A DNA stretch of 64,000 nt from Zygnema circumcarinatum SAG 698-1b (taxonomy: Eukaryota > Plantae > Zygnematophyceae), in assembly GCA_037447605.1 (NCBI GenBank), contig CM074806.1:3472001-3536000 (forward strand). The letters are read 5' to 3'. The notes beneath the pieces were generated by a model. That model was not told the origin of the DNA. It made no database searches and saw nothing but the letters and a program-made list of their open reading frames with translations. Position numbers and translations under genes: made by a program. This document shows, piece by piece, positions 22,797 through 33,373 of the stretch (within the stretch, counting starts at the first letter, position 1; each line of letters starts with the position of its first letter).

Positions 22797-25086
22797 CCTA
22801 AAACCCTAAAACTTTCAGGGTTTTATGGGTACGGATAGTACGGACAGTACGGCTAACACAGAGTTACCGTACAAAAAGGTGGTTTCGGCAAAATCGGGGC
22901 GAATTTCTTGGGGACGCACTGTACAGGGTGGAAAAAAAGAGGACTGCTGACTGTAATTGTGCATGTACGGTTCGTACCATATTCGTACGGTGATGCAGTC
23001 CATTTCCTGCCTCCGACGGCCGTGAACCCTCGCGGGCTCCTGCTCCGCAAACCACTCGCAAGCGGACTGCGACTGAGACTGGGCCGCGGGGAGGTGCTGC
23101 GCTCTGCCAGCAGGAGGACAAATTAGGGTTGGGCTTCCGGCCCGCGCCTTGAGCTCTCGGGAATTTGGGGCAGCGAGACATAAGTCTCTGGGAGAGGGAA
23201 AATAGAGGATCGCTCTGCACACTCGTGCATTCTCACGTTCTCAAATTTGAAGAGTGATAGACACTTGGGGCTTTTCGAATTTTCAGGATTTTAGGATTGA
23301 GATTGTAAGGTTGTCAAGGGTGGGGAGGGGGGGGTGGTATTGATACGTCTTGAAGGGCTCCCTGTTGAGGTGTTGCAATGGCTGCAGGCCAATAGTAGAG
23401 GATCACTTGAGCACGAAATTAAATGCATTCATGGGCTCCAGAGAAGTACTTTTAGGGTTGAAAACCCTCCTCCGTTCCGTTTGCAAGCCTTCACAGCGAT
23501 CTTCTCTCTCTCATCTCCACCAGTCGGTGCAGCTCGCTGATGTGAGCGCCAGGTGGCAGGCTGACAGTGTGGGTGCATTATGGAGCCGCCACTTGTCATC
23601 ATCAGCATTTGCGAGGCTGCAGTCTTTTGGAGAAGCAGAGGATGTTGCCCTCACTCCAAACCGCTTTGTTGCGGCTCCTCGACCGATGGGTAGTCAGTCG
23701 AAACGTGTCGGAGCCATTGCAATTAAGTGTGGGATGACGGCAGAGTGGGATAAGTGGGGCGTCAGAGTGCCTCTCACGGTATTGTGGGTAGACGACAACA
23801 TTNNNNNNNNNNGATTGGCCAACTGCCCACTGAGAGGCCTGACTGACTACGTGGAGCCTTCGGATAGGTCAACGAATGATAATCGGCGGCCTCAGGCGGT
23901 GTTCCCGAGTGCGCCTTGCTGGATGGTGTGCTGTTCCGTGGGCCGCCAACGCCTGGCGCCGCCTTCTCTCAATCTCCGTTGGCAGCTCCTGGATTCCGTT
24001 GATCCGTGACACGGAAGAGGCATACGTCAAGTACAATTGAACTGACGCAAATCCGTCGAACGCAGCTCCGTTGTGCTACACCTAAAACCCTAAAACTTTC
24101 AGGGTTTTATGGGTACGGATAGTACGGACAGTACGGCTAACACAGAGTTACCGTACAAAAAGGTGGTTTCGGCAAAATCGGGGCGAATTTCTTGGGGACG
24201 CACTGTACAGGGTGGAAAAAAAGAGGACTGCTGACTGTAATTGTGCATGTACGGTTCGTACCATATTCGTACGGTGATGCAGTCCATTTCCTGCCTCCGA
24301 CGGCCGTGAACCCTCGCGGGCTCCTGCTCCGCAAACCACTCGCAAGCGGACTGCGACTGAGACTGGGCCGCGGGGAGGTGCTGCGCTCTGCCAGCAGGAG
24401 GACAAATTAGGGTTGGGCTTCCGGCCCGCGCCTTGAGCTCTCGGGAATTTGGGGCAGCGAGACATAAGTCTCTGGGAGAGGGAAAATAGAGGATCGCTCT
24501 GCACACTCGTGCATTCTCACGTTCTCAAATTTGAAGAGTGATAGACACTTGGGGCTTTTCGAATTTTCAGGATTTTAGGATTGAGATTGTAAGGTTGTCA
24601 AGGGTGGGGAGGGGGGGGTGGTATTGATACGTCTTGAAGGGCTCCCTGTTGAGGTGTTGCAATGGCTGCAGGCCAATAGTAGAGGATCACTTGAGCACGA
24701 AATTAAATGCATTCATGGGCTCCAGAGAAGTACTTTTAGGGTTGAAAACCCTCCTCCGTTCCGTTTGCAAGCCTTCACAGCGATCTTCTCTCTCTCATCT
24801 CCACCAGTCGGTGCAGCTCGCTGATGTGAGCGCCAGGTGGCAGGCTGACAGTGTGGGTGCATTATGGAGCCGCCACTTGTCATCATCAGCATTTGCGAGG
24901 CTGCAGTCTTTTGGAGAAGCAGAGGATGTTGCCCTCACTCCAAACCGCTTTGTTGCGGCTCCTCGACCGATGGGTAGTCAGTCGAAACGTGTCGGAGCCA
25001 TTGCAATTAAGTGTGGGATGACGGCAGAGTGGGATAAGTGGGGCGTCAGAGTGCCTCTCACGGTATTGTGGGTAGACGACAACATT
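22529..25086. repeat. Near-identical 1274 bp tandem duplication (22529-23802 and 23813-25086) separated by 10 N; probable assembly overlap
   Basis: Constant offset of 1284. I saw only one substitution (CTGCTCAC vs CTGCCCAC). The first copy truncates RPL3 exon 1 exactly at the gap. Confidence 0.95.
24081..24420 (+). promoter_or_regulatory. RPL3 upstream region: telo-box motifs (AAACCCTA, TAGGGTT) and dense GTAC cluster (duplicated at 22797-23136)
   Basis: AAAACCCTAAAA lies directly after the LTR end; TTAGGGTTGGGC at ~24407; 8 GTAC cores in ~165 bp. Telo-boxes are established in plant translation-gene promoters. Confidence 0.55.
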
Positions 25087-27467
25087 GTGGTGCAGACAAA
25101 AACAGCAGAGAAGGAGGGGATCTGGGCTATGCAGGTAAGCCGGAGAGAACCCTAATTTAGCTCCAAACATGCCTTACAATCAAACCCCGTGTACCAATCT
25201 CAAACGTTGCCAGCTTCCTTGCACACATTGGACCTCTCCTCTCTTTTGATGAGGGGTTTATCGCTGAACTTCAAACTCTCGTCGAAGTGGGGGACGAGAT
25301 GGTATTCTAAGAGGGAAAGGAGGGAAGGGAAGGAGGGAGTGGGGCGTAGAGCCCTATCATCTTCCTCTTTTTGGAGGCAAGGGAACATTCATTCTTGAAA
25401 TTTTGAAAGTTCTGAAACTAGAAAACTTGGATTGAATTACCCATTTTTCCCCTCCCCCTTTTTTCTGTTTTTGCTTTACGCGTCAATTCATGCCTTTCCA
25501 ACTCGCAAATGGAAAGCTCATTTGTATTTACATTCGTGGCTTCAGGAATGAAAGGTCACGAGTGCCCTGTGGGGTACTCGTGACCAATGCAAGTTGAGGA
25601 AAGGAATAGGAATAGTTATAAAGTCTATAAAATAAGCTGTATCAGCACCATTTTTCGATGAATTCTAGTCAGCAGGAGTCTCGAAAATAAAACTTCTTGT
25701 TCTGATGTGCTCGGTGTCTTGAAAATTTTATATATCCGAACGATTCTTGCTTTATCCTTTTTTGGTCCTACAAATGTATTGGCTTTTAAGGCATAGATAT
25801 GGTCATAGGCCAAGTATTTTAAGTGCTGTTGTCGGTTAGCGCCTGGCATCCCTCTTGACTGAGTGATATCGACCCTTTTTCAATATTAACAGGTGGGCTG
25901 TGGGCAACGCAAAGCCAAGCAGCTGAGCAAAGCAGAGCTTGGTCACTTCGCCGCTGCTGGAGTACCATTAAAACGAAGACTGGCGGAATTTCCCGTGACG
26001 TCAGATGCTATGCTGCCTGTGGGAACAGAAATCAGTGTGCGCCATTTTGTTCCTGGACAGTACATCGATGTAACGGGGACTACAACAGGAAAAGGGTTCC
26101 AGGTTAGTACGAAGGACTCAAGAAATACTTATGGATAAGCTTACAGAAGCTCCTTGCTCACAAGTGGGGTGATGAAATCCGAGTCAGAAAGAGAGCAAAT
26201 GCAATAGCAGAAGTAAATATTGTCAAGGCGGAGAGTGAACAACGCCTGTGACTTTCGGTGTGCTGCAGACCGGAACGATTAAGGAGCTGGCAGCAGTCGA
26301 ATGAAATGCTTGATGTTATTGTCTCATCATTGAGCATTACCCTTTTTTATCGACAGAACAGGGAGGATATCCACGTAATGCACATGACGGGCCCTCGCTT
26401 TATTCTTTCTATTCCAGTATAGAACGACAGTGAATGAATTGCTTAGCACTCTTACTGTTCACATCTGCAGGGAGTGATGAAACGGTACGGGTTTCGAGGA
26501 ATGCCCGCATCCCATGGAGCATCTTTGTCACATAGAAGTGGAGGGTCCACTGGAGGGAGGCAAGACCCTGGAAGGGTGAGAGCATAACCTGAGTTTGCCT
26601 TTCCTTCATTGCCATTTTGGGGTTTCAAGAGGGCGTGGTTCAGTTCCTTCTTTATGGGTTGGTGCGCTGCCTTATCGCTACAAACTCGACCTCATTAACT
26701 TCCGTTGTCACGTGGTGTAACTGCCTTGACTTGGGGGGTTGACTGGCTAATTACTCGCTTGTGGCCTCTTTTCATCCTTCATGTCCTCCGCCGTCCGTCT
26801 ACCTTTGACTAATATATGGCCGCCCCCATCTTCATCCATTTCCATGCTGGGCGACTTTGTGATTCCAGGTCTTTAAAAACAAGAAAATGGCAGGTAGAAT
26901 GGGAGGGAAGCAGCGCACTATTCAAAATGTTTGGGTGTACCGAGTAGACCCCGCCAAAAGTCTTATGTGGGTCCGAGGACAGGTAGCAAACCATATCTCT
27001 TTATTCTCCTTGAGAGTAGAATGTCTCTCTTATTTTTCTCTATAGTTTACTCTCTCAATGCTAGAATTACTCCAGTCATGAGGAAACGAAAATTGCTTCG
27101 TTGTAAGGCTTTGAAGGATGGGTTGCTTGCTGCGGCTTGGAGCAAGATAGCTGAGGCTGAATGTCCTCCGCCTCTCAAGAGCCAACAACAAAAAAAAAAA
27201 AAAAAAGCAGAAGCAAGGTTAAAGAAAGCTAACCTTTTTCTTTGTATGTACTGTGACCAATTTGGAATTAAACTTTTGACGAGTGTTGGGGGCTGGCAGA
27301 TTCCTGGGCACAGCGGAAACTTTGTCCTCCTCAGAGATGCCGTGTTCATCAAGCCCGACCCCGCCACCCTCCCGTTCCCCACACACTTCGCTCCCCTGGA
27401 CGAGGACTTGGACGCGCTCTTAGCCACCACTGTGGATGTCGGAAAGAGCCCCTTCGTTGAAGAGTAG
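24715..27467 (+). CDS. RPL3: Mitochondrial 50S ribosomal protein L3 (uL3m) with N-terminal targeting peptide; exons approx 24715-25134, 25893-26102, 26471-26575, 26869-26982, 27300-27467
   Basis: [92 protein letters not shown]. Confidence 0.96.
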
Positions 27468-28375
27468 AACTTAGAAAATGCCTCCCGATTTCTTTTGAAT
27501 GCCTTTCTGTATCAACATTGAGGTCAATATGATAGCACAATTGGCCGATCGACTATGGCTCAGTTCCAATCTTATGCATTTGCTTGGTTGGTTAAATTCC
27601 TTGCTCCCCTGTACCAGGCCTTCCCATGCTTGCTATGTTTGCTGCTGGCAAGAGATGCCCTTTGTCTGGCAGCCATAGATAGGCGCCAACAGCAGCTCTC
27701 CTATGCTCCCAATCCCCTGCACCTACCCTTCCCCATGTCCACAGCACACGCCGCCCTCCTCCCTCCCTCCCTCCCTCCCTCCCTCCCTCCCTCCCTCCCT
27801 GTCGCCCTCCAACGGCCGCCTCTGTCTTTAGCGCTCGCTCGCCGTCAGAGACGAGCGGCTCCGCGGGCCGCCGTACGTCGGACCGTACGGAATCCATACG
27901 GAAGCAACCGCGAGCGGCGGGCTGGCGGCCTGACAGCGACGGCGGCGGCCGCCGGCCCCAATGCGGCAATGTGTGGCGGCGCGCAGTCGCCATCGCGTGG
28001 CGGAGCCGGTGGCAGGGACCAGGGGGGAGGGAGAGGGAGGGAGAGAGGGGCCACATCGGGGGGAGGCCGAAGGGGACGGCCGGCCATGGCAGCCTCAGGA
28101 AAACGTTTATAAGGGGAGGCGGGGGGAATGTGGTGGTCAGTGGAAGGGAGCTGAAGGCGGAATTGCGAGGGAGAGGGTTGGTTTGGTGTAAAGGGGTTGT
28201 AAGGGGGAGGGAGAGGAAGTGGGGTAGTGAAGCAGGAGAGACTGACTGTTTCTCTGACTGGAGGTGCCAACCAATTTTACTAGGGATCTGTGAGAAATAC
28301 CTATTTTTGTCACTAGTGGAGTCTATTTCAGGTTGAAAATTTTGAAAGCCGAAGCTCCTTAGAAACTGGCTGAAG

Positions 28376-29624
28376 ATGACGCAGGCGAGAGAAACTGTAC
28401 GAGGTAGCCATGTGTATCAGGAGATAGTGAGCGAGCAAGAGCCGCAGACGCTGCGCTATGGAGGCTCATCGTCGACCAATCAGCTGGTGCGAGCAGGAAG
28501 CGGTTTTCTCGCGGTATGCTCCGCCGAACAGTTTCAAATTTACTCGTCTTGTTCTTGGCCTTGTCAATTTTCTTGGGTTTTGGGGGTTTTACATCACGCT
28601 AGCATTACAGTAGCAGAGCGTCCCCCCCCCCACCCGCGCCGGAACGTGCGGGATTCCCTTAACTTCAAATGCGCTATACGAATGGAAAACAGTACGAAAC
28701 ATACGAAATCTCTGTATGGTCGTTAGCACTGCTCTCTCAGATTTTTACCACCCCCGAAGTCGACAAGCTATTTTTCCAGTGCATCCCTACCGATACTACT
28801 ACCTCAAGAGGGAGACTTTTGTGCTTAACTCTGTCTGCTAACATCTTCAATGTTTATACTTGCATTGGAACTTTAAACTATTCCTCGAGATTTCTGTTAT
28901 TTGCTCTTCAATGAAGAACAGCGGTGTTTTGCTTTTACTGTGTGATGTCTCGTGTTCGATGCTTTTATCTAGGCTATACTGTTAAAGGAACCCTTTGACA
29001 TTCAAAATGCGTGTTGCGTGCAGGCAACAGTCGCAGTGATCGTGTCTTTGGCGCTTGTTTTTGGGGCCCTTGGAATCAACAGCGTGATTATCTCTCGAGG
29101 TGAGCGCTTGGAAGGGAGACACTCTGAAGCAAAAGGGACTGCGTTTGTGGGTTTTGGATGTTGTGCGTGAGGGGACTGTGGAGGGACGGCGGATGACACT
29201 CCCACCTCCTCCACACACACTGCTGCGCTTTCGTCGGAAAAACTCAAATGTCAATGGACCCCAGCTCGCATTACCTTCCAGTGTGGACCTTTCCCTAAGC
29301 CAATGTAGCGAGTGTACGACTACCATGGTGCTTCATGCACCATGTGCCCCAGTCGTACGGCAAATCGTACAGCTATGTGTACGGACAGCATGGCCGACGT
29401 ACAGTACCGTACGGTCGCTTATCCCAAGCGCCTCTTGGCTTAGAGGGACGCGCGTCAGGGGCGACCAATGCCGCGTGGCGCCTCGCCACTGGCAAATCCT
29501 GCGAGCTGGCTTGAAACCAGCGTGACGAAGAGAGAGCCTTGCTACGGCCATGAACTATAGAGCATGAAACTAAATGTGAGGAGTCAAGGGAAAGGACGTG
29601 TTGATCAAACTTTTTGAAATATCC

Positions 29625-29656
<32 letters not shown>

Positions 29657-32377
29657 CGTGCTTTTTGGTGCAGGTTATCCGACGTCGATCAGAGGGGCCT
29701 CTAGGGGTGAGTGCGTGAGCGTGTGGCCGGACCTCTGCAAGTTTGTGGACCCGCTGCCCGTTCCGGCGAGCATTGACGCCGCCACAGGGGACGTGCTCAC
29801 GATGGGAGCCTACAGGACCGTGCATGTGAGCCGGCTGCCTAGTCACCTTTTCTTAATGCATACGAGCTAGTTTCCCACCAGCAGCAGCAGATGAGCCCCG
29901 TAGCTTTTCGTATTCAAAGCACTCGTTCCGACTTTTATTGCCTGTTGAAATCCACCTGCATTCCAAAAAACTTCGTTCCTCTCGTTTTTGGAGATAATTA
30001 CAAAAACTCGGCTTTTATTTTAATATGCAGAAAATTCATCGAGATATGCCGGCGACTCCGGTGTATGCCTTTGGGCCCTCGGAAGAGCTTGCAACAGTGC
30101 CTGGCCCCACTTTGGAAGCAAAGCGAGGGATAGTGACACGTGTCCAATGGGTGAACAACATCACTGATGCGCATTACATGCTGACAGTGGACACCACCCT
30201 CATGTGGGCCAACCCCCAGCTTGGCGGCGTGCCCATCAGTACGCCCCACATTCGCACCAATTTCAACCAATTCTCAACCAACCAACCAACCAACCAATTC
30301 TCACCAATTTCACACGTCTCTACATTTGAGAAAAGGTTTCTCTTCCGGACTTCTGTGTTCTAACCAGATCGATGGTTTTTTTCCGCAGCTCCCCACCTTC
30401 ACGGCGGTGAGGTAGAGAGCGCATCAGACGGCAATGCAGACGCATGGTGGACGAACGCGGGAGAGAAGGGCCCAAAGTATGTGAAGTCGCTCTACACTTA
30501 CGCGAACGAGCAGGAGCCGGCCACCCTCTGGTATCACGACCATACCATCGGAGTAACGAGGCTCAGCGTTTATTTGGGTAAATTAAAGCAGAAACTTTCC
30601 TAATCCTCAATTACAACGCGAGTGTGCTGTCAGTCGACAGGTTTCATGGCGCCGCGGCACGCTTTTTTGCAATATATGAGGAATAACGGCAATTGCGCAT
30701 GTTAGAAACAAAGAGAATATTGAGAAGGTTGAATTGTGCTTTTGTCGGCAGGCTTAGCAGGTCTGTACATTCTACGAGACCCCACTGGGATGGAGTCCAG
30801 TTTGCAGCTGCCTAGTGGCGAGTTTGAGCTGCCACTTGTCATTCAAGACAAGCAGCTGCGAGAAGACGGCACTCTGGACTTCCCTCTGTCCGGCATCAAC
30901 CCGCACGTGCACCCATACTGGGTACCAAAGTTCTTTGGAAATTTTATTCTTGTCAATGGAAAGGTGTGTCACACAAACATTCTTCCTATCAGCTCCTGTT
31001 TTCGTTAACTTCCTTGATTCGTGGAAACCCTTAAAACCCTAAAAAGTACAAGAGAGTGAAAATGCTAATGCCTCGGCATGTCCCCCTCGACACCACAGGC
31101 ATGGCCATACATGAAAGTCGAAAGGCGACAATATCGCTTCCGTATTCTGAACGCCTGCAACGCAAGATACCTGAACATCACCTTCGTCATCATTCCGGAG
31201 CCGAATAGCAAATCGATTCCCATCGACTTCATGCTGCCGGATGGCGCTCTCCTGCCGTTTCATCAGATAGGAAGCGACGGCGGCTATCTCAACCAGCCTG
31301 TCGAGTTGCAATACGTGTATTTAGGACCTGGCGAACGAGCTGACGTAATTGTTGATTTCTCTCCCCTCGATCTTGAAGAAACTTCGGTGTATATTGGGAA
31401 CGGAGCTCACGTTCCCAACAAGAAAACAGATCCGAATGTCCGTGACAACACTGTGGTGATGCGCTTCCTAGTAAAGGAAACTCCGTTACAGAAATCGGAA
31501 GAAGTTCGAGCCTTGGTTGCAAGCCCAAAGCTGCCCCAAATACTAAATTCCATTTCAGAAGCAGACCCCAACTCTGCTACCTTCACGCGATACATTGTTA
31601 TGCGTGAATATAGTGTGGGGGGCATTCCCGCAATCTCACTGTTAGGGGAGAGAAAGTGGTCTGACCCGGTGACTGAAACGCCCACAGAAGTGAGTTCCCA
31701 TAATCCAACCATAGCAATCTGAAGTTGCTGAATCTCTACAAACACCATGTTTGTGTTATAGTTCATGCCCTGAAAAAACGAAGCGCTAACATTGTGCAGG
31801 GAACGACGGAGATTTGGACCATAATCAACCTGACAAGCGGCCCTCACCCGATGCACTTCCATCTCACGGCCCATCGCCTGCTGAGTCGCCAACCTCTCGA
31901 CCGCGAGAGAGCTGAAGGAGGGCTCTGCTCCGTCACCAACAGCAGTCTCCCCTCCTGCTACACGGGCCCCGCCATGCCGCCGTTTCCGAATGAGGTGGGG
32001 TGGAAGGACACAACGGACATGCCGGCGGCGTCGGTGACGCGCATCCTCATGCGCTTCACTTCGCAGGTTCGTGGCGGTCATCTCTGAAGCCGCTCTTCCG
32101 AATGATAATAATATGCTCTGTGGTGGCCTGAGCCTTTTTGTTTCTGCTCTGGGATGCGGCTCCCTCGCACACTTTGCTGTGAAATAATCGACACGAGCAT
32201 GCGGAAGTTTGAAATAATTGCCTCCAATATCCTCCTCTGTTGTGTGCGCAGAGTGGCAGGCCCTTCGGATTCGACCCGACGGAGGGTCCCGGGTACGCGT
32301 GGCACTGCCACAGCCTGGACCACGAGGACAACGAGATGATGCGCCCCTTCGTGGTGCTGCGCGCCCCGCCGCCATAG
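28376..32377 (+). CDS. Three-domain multicopper oxidase, LPR1/CotA/bilirubin-oxidase-like; ~9 exons; start codon tentative
   Basis: All four Cu motifs are present across spliced exons: PHLHGGE (~30390), LWYHDH (~30526), HPMHFHL (~31845), WHCHSLDHEDNEMM (~32300). Also KFVDPLPVP, TVPGPTLEA, VNGK/AWP, YRFRILNACNARY and GPGERADVIVDFS. Confidence 0.93.
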
Positions 32378-33008
32378 AAGCCGCCTCCTCACTCGACTGT
32401 GCGGAGCTTTGTAGCTATAGAAGTGGATACTGGCTCGCTGATCGTTCATTCTTTCATTGCTCGCAGACGGTGCAGAGGTCTGTGAGGTTAGGTGGTGCCC
32501 CCACTGCGATGGAGTTTGTTGATATGTACAATTTGGACTAATTAATGACAGCCGTCTGGGCATAAGCATGATTTATAGGCTTGATATCGAACTTTTGTAG
32601 GGCAGATCTGCGCTTTTGTTGGTTATCTGAACGACTCAATTTCTATAACCGCCCAAGTGTTAATAGATGATTGAAACGGAAATGCGAACACTTGCGTGAA
32701 AGGGATTGTTCTTGCTTCAAATGCAACCCCCGCTATTCACCCCGCTATAATTAATTGCTAATTATGAAGCACGCCTTTTTAAGTCTTGTTGTGTTTTCCG
32801 CTTCCCTCCATGTTCGCTCAACGTTGCCTCAAAATCGGTGCTATGGCGATGATGGAGTGGTTCTGCTTCTGCATGCATGCTGACGAGAGTCGTGCTCGCG
32901 TTTCCTCCCTCAGTTACACGTCGTGCTTTCGAGGTAAGGCCTGAGAACAACTCTGAGTGGAGTCTTCGTGTGATTTTGACATTTGTCGCGTCGGGCATGT
33001 CCACGCCT

Positions 33009-33134
33009 ATGTCCATGTCCATGTCCATGTTCATGTGCATGTGCATGTCTATGTTCATGTCCATGTGCATGTCTATGTTCATGTCCATGTGCATGTCTAT
33101 GTTCATGTCCATGTGCATGTGCATGCTCATGTTG
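33009..33134. repeat. Hexamer tandem repeat (ATGTNN)x21 with a 24 bp higher-order unit (ATGTGC ATGTCT ATGTTC ATGTCC)x3
   Basis: Read directly from the sequence. Confidence 0.95.
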
Positions 33135-33373
33135 GCAGCACGCGCATGGCGGCATGGCACTTCGTGGGATAGCGCGAACGCACATCCCCGCGTGAACAGG
33201 CGGACGTGCGGCACTGTTCCAATATATCGAGATATCGGCACGTGCTTGTCGATACTATACGGTCTCCACACGCCTCGGTGCCTCGCGGTCGCGGGCTGCA
33301 GCTGCCGCGCCCTCTCTCGTCTCCCCCAGAAAGAGAGACCGAGAGAGAGTGAGAGGTAGGCGGGCCGGAGGCC

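Noticed and set aside
22529-23812. Apparent tandem duplicate or pseudogene of RPL3 exon 1, and the ORF fusing RPL3 to LTR sequence (23350-24009)
   Set aside because: The copies are near-identical and abut a 10-N gap, which is best explained as unmerged contig or haplotype overlap.
27555-28336. Several overlapping 120-185 aa ORFs
   Set aside because: By-products of GC-rich low-complexity sequence with no domain signal.
33009-33134. CRISPR-like array
   Set aside because: Contiguous hexamers without spacers, in a eukaryotic context with no cas genes.
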